This document shows, piece after piece, positions 1 to 8,777 of a stretch of DNA of 64,000 nucleotides (position 1 is the stretch's first letter; every line of letters begins with the position of its first letter). Origin of the DNA: Candidatus Bathyarchaeota archaeon (GTDB taxonomy: Archaea; Thermoproteota; Bathyarchaeia; 40CM-2-53-6); the NCBI GenBank assembly GCA_963706285.1, contig CAVPLU010000004.1, positions 256,001 to 320,000 on the forward strand, in the 5' to 3' direction. The translations under genes were made by a program, and so were the position numbers. Below the pieces are notes generated by a model. It was not told the DNA's origin. It was given only the letters and a program-made list of their open reading frames with translations, and searched no databases.

Positions 1-97
1 AAGACAGCATCTGTCCGAAGGGACGACCTTACGGCAAATAATCTTGGTGTCTATTGACAAGACATTGATCGATGCGTTCGAGTCTGTTCTGCGATAG
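1..97 (+). CDS. C-terminal fragment of a probable macro-domain (ADP-ribose-binding) protein, truncated by window edge
   Basis: Frame from nt 2 reads RQHLSEGTTLRQIILVSIDKTLIDAFESVLR*, resembling the final strand-helix of macro domains. Confidence 0.4.
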   Translation, partial: RQHLSEGTTLRQIILVSIDKTLIDAFESVLR

Positions 98-118
98 CCT
101 TCAGCTCGAGCTTTCCGA

Positions 119-634
119 TTAGATCGTGTCTCTGTAAAGCCTAGCGCCACGATCCCTCGGGACGTGTGGGCGGAGATCCAGTCTAACGTAGCGCCTTCTG
201 ACTTTCTCTCGCAGAACGCTCAGCTCGCATTTTGCAATGAGAAAGTGGGACTCGCACTTGCAGTCTGAGGAGCCTACTCCTTTGGCCAGGACGGCGATAT
301 CAGGATCTTTCAGAAGTGCGGCGTTCACTCTGCATTCTGCTTTGCGTGTCGTTCTCGCGAAGATCAATGAAACCACGTGCACCGAATCCGATGAGAGAAT
401 CCGATCTATGTGCCAGAAGTTCTTCTTTTCTTGACTCAGATGACGTCCTATTCTCCCTTCCAATGAAGTTGAGCCGCGCCCCTGACCAGAACCAGTGTAC
501 AAGTACAACCCTCGCTCAAGGGAGACGGAAAGATGCCTCCCAACTCGAATCCTGCGGCGATCTGTTGAGCGAATGATTAATGTGTAAACGCCTTGGTGGT
601 TTTTGTGAGTAGTGGATCGCTTTCGAGGTCTCAT
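119..634 (-). CDS. GIY-YIG (Uri superfamily, DUF123) nuclease
   Basis: GVYTL...GLYLYTGS, RIGRH, WHID, EC, GSSDCKCESH motifs. Confidence 0.85.
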   Translation of the reverse strand: MRPRKRSTTHKNHQGVYTLIIRSTDRRRIRVGRHLSVSLERGLYLYTGSGQGRGSTSLEGRIGRHLSQEKKNFWHIDRILSSDSVHVVSLIFARTTRKAECRVNAALLKDPDIAVLAKGVGSSDCKCESHFLIAKCELSVLREKVRRRYVRLDLRPHVPRDRGARLYRDTI

Positions 635-929
635 TATAGACCTAGGGCTCCAAACGACCGGCCGGCAAGATGTAGGTGGGGTAGACCTAGTATTAGTTCA
701 ATGCTTCACTTAGTCGTTTGGCGCATTTCATGCAGATGGTTGGCCGTCACGTGCAAATAATGGCACACGAAAAGAATTGAAGAAGTTGGCATCCTATGGT
801 CGATGTCAATTCGAGCGTGGCTCCGCTTCTCCTTCTCCGGGATCTCATCTCAATTGTATGATTCGTCTGGATGATTCATGCGGATCGCCTAAATTCGTTA
901 GACACACTCTCGCCGTCGAGGTGACATGA

Positions 930-1427
930 ATGAAGAAAACAACTACGCTCGTATTGTTGCTGAGTCTGATCGCCTTGACGACAATTGCGCCGTTGCAACA
1001 GGTCGTTGCGGATAACGCTCAAGATCGGCTGCAAGTGGGCGATATGTTTGAGCTTGTCTCCGTCAGAGGCATGGCATACGAACACGCCGCAAACAGAACG
1101 ACTGAGGCAAAGGTATCTCTGAAACTGACTGTGACAGACGTGAACGCGAGCCGAGTCAGATTCAAGATAACGACCGGCGAGATAGCACTCGGCGACCGTG
1201 TCTACGCGGTAACTGACGGTCAAGGAGGGGCTCTCCTACGCAAGTTCGGCTGGATGACACTTCAAGGAGAGGCAAAGCTCGCAAACGGGCAGGTGTTCAA
1301 GCTCCATCTTGACGGTATGCTTCACCTTGAACGGGCCGGCCTCGTGCTCGCCGGACTTACAGGTGGACTGGGCAACGACAACGAGCAAATCCGACTGAGA
1401 ATACTCATGAGACTCTCAAAGAGCTAG
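930..1427 (+). CDS. Hypothetical secreted protein
   Basis: MKK plus hydrophobic signal peptide, beta-rich body, GAGGTG RBS upstream. Confidence 0.65.
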   Translation: MKKTTTLVLLLSLIALTTIAPLQQVVADNAQDRLQVGDMFELVSVRGMAYEHAANRTTEAKVSLKLTVTDVNASRVRFKITTGEIALGDRVYAVTDGQGGALLRKFGWMTLQGEAKLANGQVFKLHLDGMLHLERAGLVLAGLTGGLGNDNEQIRLRILMRLSKS

Positions 1428-1650
1428 CAGTGGAGACCCGACGTCTCAACCCGTAGAACTCCCCACTTTTCTTCAAACCGAACCATGGTTTGCGTGTGAC
1501 CAGAGCTGGTAGGCAGGAACCTTCCACAATTCGGCTTCCGCCGTCGCTATAGGAACGCAACTAAGCCGCGAACGATGGAGGGTTTAACTTCTCTCAAAAC
1601 CTATTTCATCTCATTGAATATTCACGGCTAGTATAGATACAATGGCTTGA

Positions 1651-2763
1651 TTGTGGTGCTGCGATCTGAAAGCATTGATATTGGCTGGGGGATATGCCAC
1701 TAGGCTTCGTCCTCTAAGCTACGCGCTTCCGAAGCTTCTCTTTCCAATCGGCGGCAGACCTGTCCTCGAACAGACAATCGACCATCTCTCATCCTTCGGC
1801 ATTGACGAGATTATTCTGGCTGTGAAGTACCTCGCGAATGAGTTGAGAGAGTACTTTGGGGAAGAGTATCATGGAGTGAAGATCAGATACTCTCTTGAGC
1901 CAAAACCCCTCGGAACAGGTGGGCCGATCGCGTTTGCACGCAAGTACTACGAGAAGGGTCAAACATTGCTTGTCATGAACGGCGACATCTTTGCGGAGAT
2001 CAACTTGGACGCCATGAAAAAGGTACACGAATCTAGTCACGCTCTTGCAACGGTCGCACTGCACGAGGTTGAGGATCCCTCGCGTTTCGGGGTCGTGAGG
2101 CTGGATCAGGATTCGAGGATACTCGAGTTCGTAGAGAAACCAAGACTAATCGACGCTCCGAGCCGGCTGATCAACGCTGGGGCGTATCTTCTCGAGCCAG
2201 GGGCCATCGATCTTATTCCTCAAGGCCGGAAAGTCGTGATCGAACGCGAAATCTTTCCCGCCCTTGCGAACGAGGGGCGACTATTCGGATATGTCCACTC
2301 GGGAAGTTGGTTCGATATCGGGAACATCAACGACTTTCGAATCGCCAACTTCACCTATCTTGAAGACAAAGCTCGCGGCAAGATCATCATTGGAGAAGAC
2401 ACCAGAGTTGCCAAGTCAACAAAGCTAACGCCACCTGCGCTCATAGGCGATCACACCATAGTTGAGAACGGAGCGAGCGTAGGCCCCAGAACGATCATCG
2501 GCCGCCATGTACGTATCGGCGAAAACTCAAGAGTTGTAAACAGCATATTGTTCGATCATGTCGAGGTGGGAAGAGACTCCTCAATCGAAGGAGCTGTAGT
2601 GGCGGACTCGGTTACAATCGGGAATGGGGTTGTTATACAGAAGGAATCGGTAATCTCAAGCCAAGTAACCATTCGTGACAATGTCCGAGTGACAAACGAT
2701 GTGTATATTCACCCATACAAGGAAATCAGTGCAGACATCTTGAAACCGGGGCATGTCGTCTAG
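1651..2763 (+). CDS. NDP-sugar synthase (mannose-1-phosphate guanylyltransferase-like); start uncertain
   Basis: ILAGGYATRLRPL..PK, EPKPLGTGG, NGD, FVEKP, C-terminal hexapeptide repeats. Confidence 0.9.
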   Translation: MWCCDLKALILAGGYATRLRPLSYALPKLLFPIGGRPVLEQTIDHLSSFGIDEIILAVKYLANELREYFGEEYHGVKIRYSLEPKPLGTGGPIAFARKYYEKGQTLLVMNGDIFAEINLDAMKKVHESSHALATVALHEVEDPSRFGVVRLDQDSRILEFVEKPRLIDAPSRLINAGAYLLEPGAIDLIPQGRKVVIEREIFPALANEGRLFGYVHSGSWFDIGNINDFRIANFTYLEDKARGKIIIGEDTRVAKSTKLTPPALIGDHTIVENGASVGPRTIIGRHVRIGENSRVVNSILFDHVEVGRDSSIEGAVVADSVTIGNGVVIQKESVISSQVTIRDNVRVTNDVYIHPYKEISADILKPGHVV

Positions 2764-2764
2764 A

Positions 2765-4159
2765 ATGACTGAAATCTTGGATGAGAGGCGCCTCTTTGGA
2801 ACGAACGGCGTCAGAGGCGTTGTCAACAAGGACCTGACGCTTGAACTGGTTCTTGAGTTGTCGCAAGCTATTGGAGCCTTCTTCAAAGGAGGCAAGATGG
2901 TTGTAGGCTCTGACGGTCGCACGAGCAGCCCAGCTCTTCGGAACTTGGCCATGGGTGGACTTGCCTCAGTCGGATGCAAGGTTCATGATATCGGTCAAGC
3001 TCCAACCCCAATGATTGATTTCTTGACACGGGCTTGGAAAGCAGAAGGAGGAATCGCAGTCACCGCAAGCCACAACCCACCCGAGTACAATGGAATCAAG
3101 ACGATCAAATCAGACGGAGTCGAAACAGACCGAATTGAAGAACTCGAGATCGAGAAGATATACTTCAGCCGATCTTGGAAAAGAGCTGAATGGAACCACG
3201 TGGGCGATATTGTAGAGGAAACAGGAGCCGGGCTCCGCGAATACCTCGATTCCATCAAGAAAGAGGTAGACATCGCGAGAATACGTTCGCGGAATTTGAA
3301 AGTGGCTGTTGACCCAGGCAACGGTGTCTCAGCACTGACAACACCGATCCTCATGTCCGAACTCGGCTGCAAGGTCATTACAATCAACGCTAACGTTGAC
3401 GGAAGGTTCCCGGGAAGATTTTCTGAACCCAGACCAGACACGATCGGATCGCTGATGAGCTTAGTGAAGTCGTCGGATGCTGATTTCGGAGTGGCACTTG
3501 ATGGGGACGGAGACCGTGCCATATTCGTGGACGAGACAGGCGAGGCGCAATGGGGAGACAGAAGCTTTGCATTGGTCGCCGACGACTACCTCTCAACCAA
3601 CCCTGGCCACACGATAGTGACCCCAGTAAGCTGTTCCAGAGCGATCAAGGAGATCGCTGATTCGCGAAACGGGAAAATCGTTTGGACTAGAGTTGGAAGC
3701 GTAGACGTTTCTCATCGAATGATAGATCTGGGAGCCGGTCTTGGCGGGGAAGAGAACGGCGGCATCTTCTACGCACCACACATCCCAGTCCGAGATGGCT
3801 CCATGGCTGCGGCACTCATTGCAAACATAATCGCGAAAACTAGGCAACCGCTCTCTAGACTCCTGTCGCTCTTGCCATCATACCAACTCTACAAAGAGAA
3901 GGTGCCTTGTCCAAATCACTTGAAGCAGCAAGTTCTTGCCACCTTGCGTGAACGTACAAGCAAATACAACCCTGAAACGATCGATGGCGTCAAGGTTATG
4001 TTCGAAGATGGAACCTCCGTACTGTTGCGACCAAGCGGTACAGAACCGATCTTCAGAATCATGGCTGAAGGAAAATCCGAAGGCGCAGCAAGAAACGTGG
4101 CTGATGAGTACAAGTCGATAATCGCGAAGATCATCAAAGAGAAGAACACGGATGCTTGA
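2765..4159 (+). CDS. Phosphoglucosamine mutase / phosphomannomutase
   Basis: LFGTNGVRG, TASHNP, DGDGDR, GEENGG, RPSGTEP. Confidence 0.92.
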   Translation: MTEILDERRLFGTNGVRGVVNKDLTLELVLELSQAIGAFFKGGKMVVGSDGRTSSPALRNLAMGGLASVGCKVHDIGQAPTPMIDFLTRAWKAEGGIAVTASHNPPEYNGIKTIKSDGVETDRIEELEIEKIYFSRSWKRAEWNHVGDIVEETGAGLREYLDSIKKEVDIARIRSRNLKVAVDPGNGVSALTTPILMSELGCKVITINANVDGRFPGRFSEPRPDTIGSLMSLVKSSDADFGVALDGDGDRAIFVDETGEAQWGDRSFALVADDYLSTNPGHTIVTPVSCSRAIKEIADSRNGKIVWTRVGSVDVSHRMIDLGAGLGGEENGGIFYAPHIPVRDGSMAAALIANIIAKTRQPLSRLLSLLPSYQLYKEKVPCPNHLKQQVLATLRERTSKYNPETIDGVKVMFEDGTSVLLRPSGTEPIFRIMAEGKSEGAARNVADEYKSIIAKIIKEKNTDA

Positions 4160-5150
4160 CTATTACGCGGCCGGCATGGCTTTCACGGCCTCCGTGACCG
4201 CTTTTGTAGTCACTTATCTGACGATTCCACCTCTTGCGGCTTTGCTAAAGCGCCGAAGCATAGTAGGGATCGACATTCACAAACTCGACAGACCAAAGAT
4301 TCCTGAAATGTGCGGGCTCTCAGTGATAGCTGGAATTGCAGCGGGTATGCTCTCATTGGAATTACTGGGAGGACCTTCACGAGAGATCGTTGCCTTTCTG
4401 GCAACCGTTCTGATCGCTGGGGCAATCGGTGCCATCGACGATATTAGACCGCTGGGTCCGAAACTGAAACCAGCCTTGACAGCCCTCGCGGCGATCCCAA
4501 TTCTCCTCCTGGGCACTTACAACCCTCACCCTGTCTTCCCGCTAGTCGGCGCTTTCAGACTGACCATCATATACCCAATCCTGATCTTGTTCGCAATTGC
4601 TGTGCCGGCGAACGCGGTTAACATGCTGGATGTCTTCAACGGCTCTATGAGTGGAACTCTCACGATCGTGTCGCTCACACTTGCTGTAGTTCTCGCCGTT
4701 TCAGGCAAGACTACGGCTGTGGGTCTAGCGTTGGCATTATTCGGTTCACTGCTTGCCTTCTATCTGTTCAACCGGTATCCTGCACGTGTCTTCGGGGGAG
4801 ACACAGGAAGCCTAGCTGTCGGAGCCGCGGTCGGAGCGCTTGCCGTGATCGGACGGATCGAACTAGTCACAATCGTCGCCATTGCCCCGTACATAATGAA
4901 CTCATTCTATGGCCTCGCATCGATTGGGCGTCTATATGAAAGACGAGAGATCAAGCCCCGGCCTGTCAAATTGAGGAGCGACGGAATGCTCGAAGCGACC
5001 ACAGACAAGCGTGCCCCAGTCACCCTAACGAGATTGATTCTTGCCGAAGGTCCCATGCGCGAGCAGCAGATTGTCCGTGTCATGTTGCTGCTTACTGTCC
5101 TGTCGTCCGCGATGGCGCTGCTGGCTTCTCTCCTTGTCGGGGTACAATAG
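4152..5150 (+). CDS. Polyprenyl-phosphate GlcNAc-1-phosphate transferase (MraY/AglH/Alg7-like)
   Basis: Multi-TM; DIHK..PEMCG, GAIDD, NAVNMLDVFNG, FNRYPARVFGGDTG. Confidence 0.88.
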   Translation: MLDYYAAGMAFTASVTAFVVTYLTIPPLAALLKRRSIVGIDIHKLDRPKIPEMCGLSVIAGIAAGMLSLELLGGPSREIVAFLATVLIAGAIGAIDDIRPLGPKLKPALTALAAIPILLLGTYNPHPVFPLVGAFRLTIIYPILILFAIAVPANAVNMLDVFNGSMSGTLTIVSLTLAVVLAVSGKTTAVGLALALFGSLLAFYLFNRYPARVFGGDTGSLAVGAAVGALAVIGRIELVTIVAIAPYIMNSFYGLASIGRLYERREIKPRPVKLRSDGMLEATTDKRAPVTLTRLILAEGPMREQQIVRVMLLLTVLSSAMALLASLLVGVQ

Positions 5151-5151
5151 C

Positions 5152-5403
5152 ATGCGGATAGTTGCGCTTGCGTTGTTCGTGATCTTCGTTTGTCTGTCGT
5201 TGATCTTTGGCGTTTTCGTCATCGTCAGATGTGTACTGTATGTCTTGCCCTATTCTGTGACACAGATCCGAATAGTCGTGGATGTTCTGAGAGTACTTCT
5301 TGCTATTGCGTTGGCTTACGTTTGGCTTAGGGTTTGGAAGGCAATTACTGATCTGTACTTCTGGCGATCCGTCGGTGTCATCAAAGGCCGAGGTGGGTCA
5401 TGA
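5152..5403 (+). CDS. Small two-TM hypothetical membrane protein
   Basis: ATG directly after the previous stop; two hydrophobic helices. Confidence 0.55.
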   Translation: MRIVALALFVIFVCLSLIFGVFVIVRCVLYVLPYSVTQIRIVVDVLRVLLAIALAYVWLRVWKAITDLYFWRSVGVIKGRGGS

Positions 5404-6433
5404 TGACGCGTAACGGGTCTTCCATCTTGGCAACTACGCGATCAGCTTTTTTCTTCTGACGAACCGCAAGATTGGGGTCAGCCAAGAACCTGCGCACCGT
5501 GGCGACAACCCTATCAACAGATAGCATCCTCTCGGCAAGCTTGAGCCTGAACAAGGACTTGTCAACGTACGTGGGTTCGGAAGGGTAGCAGCTTATTGTT
5601 GGAACTCCCATCAATGCCGACTCCGCGCTCATGGTTCCCCCTGCACCAATGAAGAACGAACACCGTGAGAGCAACGCGACGCCATCAACAACATTGGGCA
5701 GGACGGAAGCCACGCTGCTCAGCTCCTCTGTCAGCGCTTCAGCTTGCTTCTCATACCGCGGTAGCACGACAACTTGGGCACCTAGCTCTGCAAGCGGCTT
5801 CGCCAGTCGTGTAATGATGCTTTTTCTGGCTGTTGGAGTCTGGAGGTATGATGCGTACTCTTCTTCAGGTCGCAACACGACGATCGGCTTTTCGGTGTTT
5901 ACTCCCTGTATCTCTCTCGGATCCGATCCATGAGAATATTCACGGATCCACACTACGGGATCAAGTGCATTGTACTGAACTACGTCGGTTGAAACTACTG
6001 CATACCGTTTCCATGCGCCCTTGGGAATCACTCTCGGAGCAAATAGCTTTCTCAAAAGGGGAATTGTGAGTCTACAGACCGCCTCGGCGTGCGGGGAATC
6101 GCACATGGAATAGTGAGGGATACGAAGCCCGTACGCTACTCTTGCAGCTTCTGGCGAACAATAGGAGATCGCAATATCGGGAATCCTACTGCCTACGAAT
6201 TCGGCGAGTTCAGTAATCCTCTTTGAACTCTCAACGAGTTTTGCTGATAGATTCCCGCCACCATGCCTACCGATCGCTGTTGCGTTCGTTCCGCGTATCT
6301 GAAGGAGCTGCTCGACCTCTCTATAGCGTCTAGTAGTGACAAAAGTCTCATGCCCGTTTGCTGCAAGTCTAGTGACTAGAACTGAGAACAGATTTGCTTG
6401 TTTCGGTGTCAGTGCATCAATCCAGATCCTCAT
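5381..6433 (-). CDS. DUF354 family protein (GT-B-like)
   Basis: MRIWID..TPKQ, IGRHGG, SPEAARVAYGL, GAGGTMSAESALMGVP. Confidence 0.85.
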   Translation of the reverse strand: MRIWIDALTPKQANLFSVLVTRLAANGHETFVTTRRYREVEQLLQIRGTNATAIGRHGGGNLSAKLVESSKRITELAEFVGSRIPDIAISYCSPEAARVAYGLRIPHYSMCDSPHAEAVCRLTIPLLRKLFAPRVIPKGAWKRYAVVSTDVVQYNALDPVVWIREYSHGSDPREIQGVNTEKPIVVLRPEEEYASYLQTPTARKSIITRLAKPLAELGAQVVVLPRYEKQAEALTEELSSVASVLPNVVDGVALLSRCSFFIGAGGTMSAESALMGVPTISCYPSEPTYVDKSLFRLKLAERMLSVDRVVATVRRFLADPNLAVRQKKKADRVVAKMEDPLRVIMTHLGL

Positions 6434-6584
6434 TGCGAGCTACCTGCTAGATCTGCACAGCGAACTCTTCGTCCCGATAGTAGAACACTTGTCGCAAGAT
6501 AATAACTCACATCCATCCTCTCTAGGAAAAGAGAAATTAACCTAAATACGTGTTTCACACGAGCGTACGCTCCGGTGTTTCTGA

Positions 6585-7967
6585 ATGTCATCCTCCGAGC
6601 TCATGGCCACGAACCCCGATAAGATTCCCATGAAACTGAAGGCGGGACAGTTTACTATCGAGGTGGTGGGACTCGGTTGGATGGGCCTACCTTTGGCCTG
6701 TCTATTCGCCAAAGCCGGTGCACGTGTTATAGGAGCAGATCAGAACTCATCTCTAGTGAAGACCATCAACTCTCGCAAGTCACCGATCAACGAAGATGGA
6801 ATGCCTGAGCTCCTGAGAAAAGTCGTATCCTCCGGCAAGTTCACAGCTACGACGGACACTGCAGATGCGTGTTCCAAGAGCGACGTAATCGCGATTATGG
6901 TGCCAACCCTGATCGATCGACACAAGAGACCGTACTATCAACATGTGGAAGAGGCCTGTATGGAAATCGGAAAGGGAATTCGACCTGGCTCTCTGGTTCT
7001 CTTCCAGAGCACTTGTGGACCAGGAGTGACCGACAGAGTGGTAAAGACAACCATCGAGAAACATTCGGGATTCAAAGCGGGACAGGATTTCGGAATGGCT
7101 TACAGCCCCATCAGAGCAATGGGAGGCCAGGGCCTTGTCGACATGCAGAAGTACGCTCGAGCTGTGGGCGGCATCGATAGGAAGAGTGCTGATGTTGCGA
7201 TCGCGGTTTTGTCTTGCATCGTTGATGGTCAGCTCATCAGAACTCGAGACATCCGCACAGCCGAAGCGTCAAAACTCTTTGAGACCATCTACAGAGACGT
7301 CAGCATAGCTCTAGCAAACGAGTTCGCGATGTTTTGCGAAGGAGCCGGAATCGATTACTTAGAGGCAATGCGTGCAGCCAATTCTCAACCGTATTCCCAC
7401 TTGTTGTCACCTGGAGCCGGCGTCGGCGGGCACTGCCTGCCTGTCTATCCGTATCTTCTCTCGGCTGAATCTGACGGGGGAAAACTGAAGATCCCCATGG
7501 ATTCAAGACGTACGAATGATCAGATGCCTAGTCACGTTATGAGACTCGCAGCTGATGGCTTGAGAACATGCGGCAGGAGCGTAAAGAGATCAAAGTTCAC
7601 AGTACTTGGGATCGCCTACCGACCAAATGTGAAGGAGACAAGATACTCTCCGTCGCTGGAACTTATCGGGTTACTCAAGAGGCGTGGCGGAAGAATCTGT
7701 GTCTATGACCCACTCTATTCTTCTGACGAGTTGAGGAAGATGGGATTTCATTCCGAACCTACCCTCCCTGGAGCCTTGGAGAAAGCTGATTGCGTAATCC
7801 TCACAGTGAGTCACAATGAGTTCAAGTCGATCAAGGGCATTGATCTCGCCGCCAACATGTCAAAGAACGCTGTCGTCGTCGATTGTACGGGGACCCTTGG
7901 GCCGGAAGATATTGAGAAGGTAGGTCTAATCTACAGAGGAGTCGGTAGAGGCGTCTGGTCCAAGTGA
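6585..7967 (+). CDS. Nucleotide-sugar dehydrogenase (UDP-N-acetylmannosamine/glucosamine dehydrogenase family)
   Basis: VVGLGWMGLP, AEASKLFE, PGAGVGGHCLP, GIAYRPNV. Confidence 0.9.
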   Translation: MSSSELMATNPDKIPMKLKAGQFTIEVVGLGWMGLPLACLFAKAGARVIGADQNSSLVKTINSRKSPINEDGMPELLRKVVSSGKFTATTDTADACSKSDVIAIMVPTLIDRHKRPYYQHVEEACMEIGKGIRPGSLVLFQSTCGPGVTDRVVKTTIEKHSGFKAGQDFGMAYSPIRAMGGQGLVDMQKYARAVGGIDRKSADVAIAVLSCIVDGQLIRTRDIRTAEASKLFETIYRDVSIALANEFAMFCEGAGIDYLEAMRAANSQPYSHLLSPGAGVGGHCLPVYPYLLSAESDGGKLKIPMDSRRTNDQMPSHVMRLAADGLRTCGRSVKRSKFTVLGIAYRPNVKETRYSPSLELIGLLKRRGGRICVYDPLYSSDELRKMGFHSEPTLPGALEKADCVILTVSHNEFKSIKGIDLAANMSKNAVVVDCTGTLGPEDIEKVGLIYRGVGRGVWSK

Positions 7968-8030
7968 TGGGGCAAGGATGAACCGATAAACAGAATATCA
8001 CACATGCCATAACTATGAGAGGGAGACTAG

Positions 8031-8300
8031 TTGAAGAAGAGACTGATGGACATACTCGCGTGCCCGATCGACAAGGCGTATCCACTCGAACTTCATGTCT
8101 TTGAGGAGAAAGACGAAATCGTCTCGGGGATGCTCGTTTGCTCCAAATGCAATAGATGGTATCCAATAATAGACGAGATCCCACACATGCTTCCGGATGA
8201 CCTCAGAGAAGAGAAGGAGGATATAGCCTTCCTTCGGAAATGGAAGGAGAAGATCCCTCAGGCAACGCTCTCCGAAGGCAAACCGTTCAAGCTTGCGTAG
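8031..8300 (+). CDS. Trm112 family methyltransferase activator
   Basis: LMDILACPIDK, CSKCNRWYPIIDEIPHMLPDDLR. Confidence 0.9.
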   Translation: MKKRLMDILACPIDKAYPLELHVFEEKDEIVSGMLVCSKCNRWYPIIDEIPHMLPDDLREEKEDIAFLRKWKEKIPQATLSEGKPFKLA

Positions 8301-8315
8301 CTGGACTTCCCGATA

Positions 8316-8331
8316 GATGAAGGTTTTATAG
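8316..8331 (+). promoter_or_regulatory. BRE/TATA promoter of tRNA-Gln
   Basis: GATGAAGG-TTTTATA at 8316-8330, about 25 nt upstream of the inferred leader start (~8355). Confidence 0.6.
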
Positions 8332-8370
8332 CGACATCGTGGTCGGGGTAGTCTTGGCCCGGGGCTCGAT

Positions 8371-8535
8371 AGCCCGGTGGGGGAGCAGTAGGTTGCTCCG
8401 CCGAATGTAGTGGACAAAGGAAACCGTATTCCGTCTAGGCATAGCGGGCTTTGGTTCTCGCTCAACGAGAAGAAACCCGCCGACGGGAGTTCGAATGGTT
8501 CGTCAGAGAACCCGAACATCTCCCCCGGGCTACCA
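8371..8535 (+). tRNA. tRNA-Gln(UUG) with four BHB introns (8381-8405, 8418-8438, 8455-8474, 8496-8518) and encoded CCA
   Basis: Removing the four inserts gives a 76-nt cloverleaf AGCCCGG TG GTGT AGTGGACAA GCAT A GCGGG CTTTGGA CCCGC CGAC GGGAG TTCGAAT CTCCC CCGGGCT A CCA, with the archaeal Gln A1-U72 pair. Each junction forms a 4-bp helix flanked by 3-nt bulges. Confidence 0.93.
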
Positions 8536-8621
8536 TCAACCACCGTCATTAACTTAGAGGTGGTTTCTCATCAGGGCAATCAACGCCCATGACCCACGCC
8601 TTTCCGGCCTCGATGAGAACT

Positions 8622-8666
8622 CTCAAAGTGGCCCCTCTTTCCCGGAAAGCGGCCCCTCTTTGGAGC
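8622..8666 (+). repeat. Dispersed ~45-bp element, copy 1 (two AAAGYGGCCCCTCTTT units, 21-bp period)
   Basis: CTCAAAGTGGCCCCTCTTTCCCGGAAAGCGGCCCCTCTTTGGAGC; near-identical inverted copy at 55322-55367. Confidence 0.8.
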
Positions 8667-8777
8667 ATGTGATCAACCATGGAGGCTCTCCAGCATGATA
8701 GCCTTCATAGGGAGATTTTCCGAGAACGATTTAGCGGAATCGGAAGAAGTCCCTTTGATTGCATCACTAGCGTTTCA

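Noticed and set aside
8339-8540. SRP RNA or RNase P RNA in the GC-rich gap after trm112
   Set aside because: No SRP helix-8 or RNase P GAGGAAAGUCC motif is visible; the four-intron tRNA-Gln explains the region.
8013-8592. ORFs 8013-8549(-) and 8410-8592(+), and likewise 57686-57871(-) and 57864-58139(+)
   Set aside because: They overlap the tRNA genes or trm112 and have no protein-like motifs; shadow ORFs.
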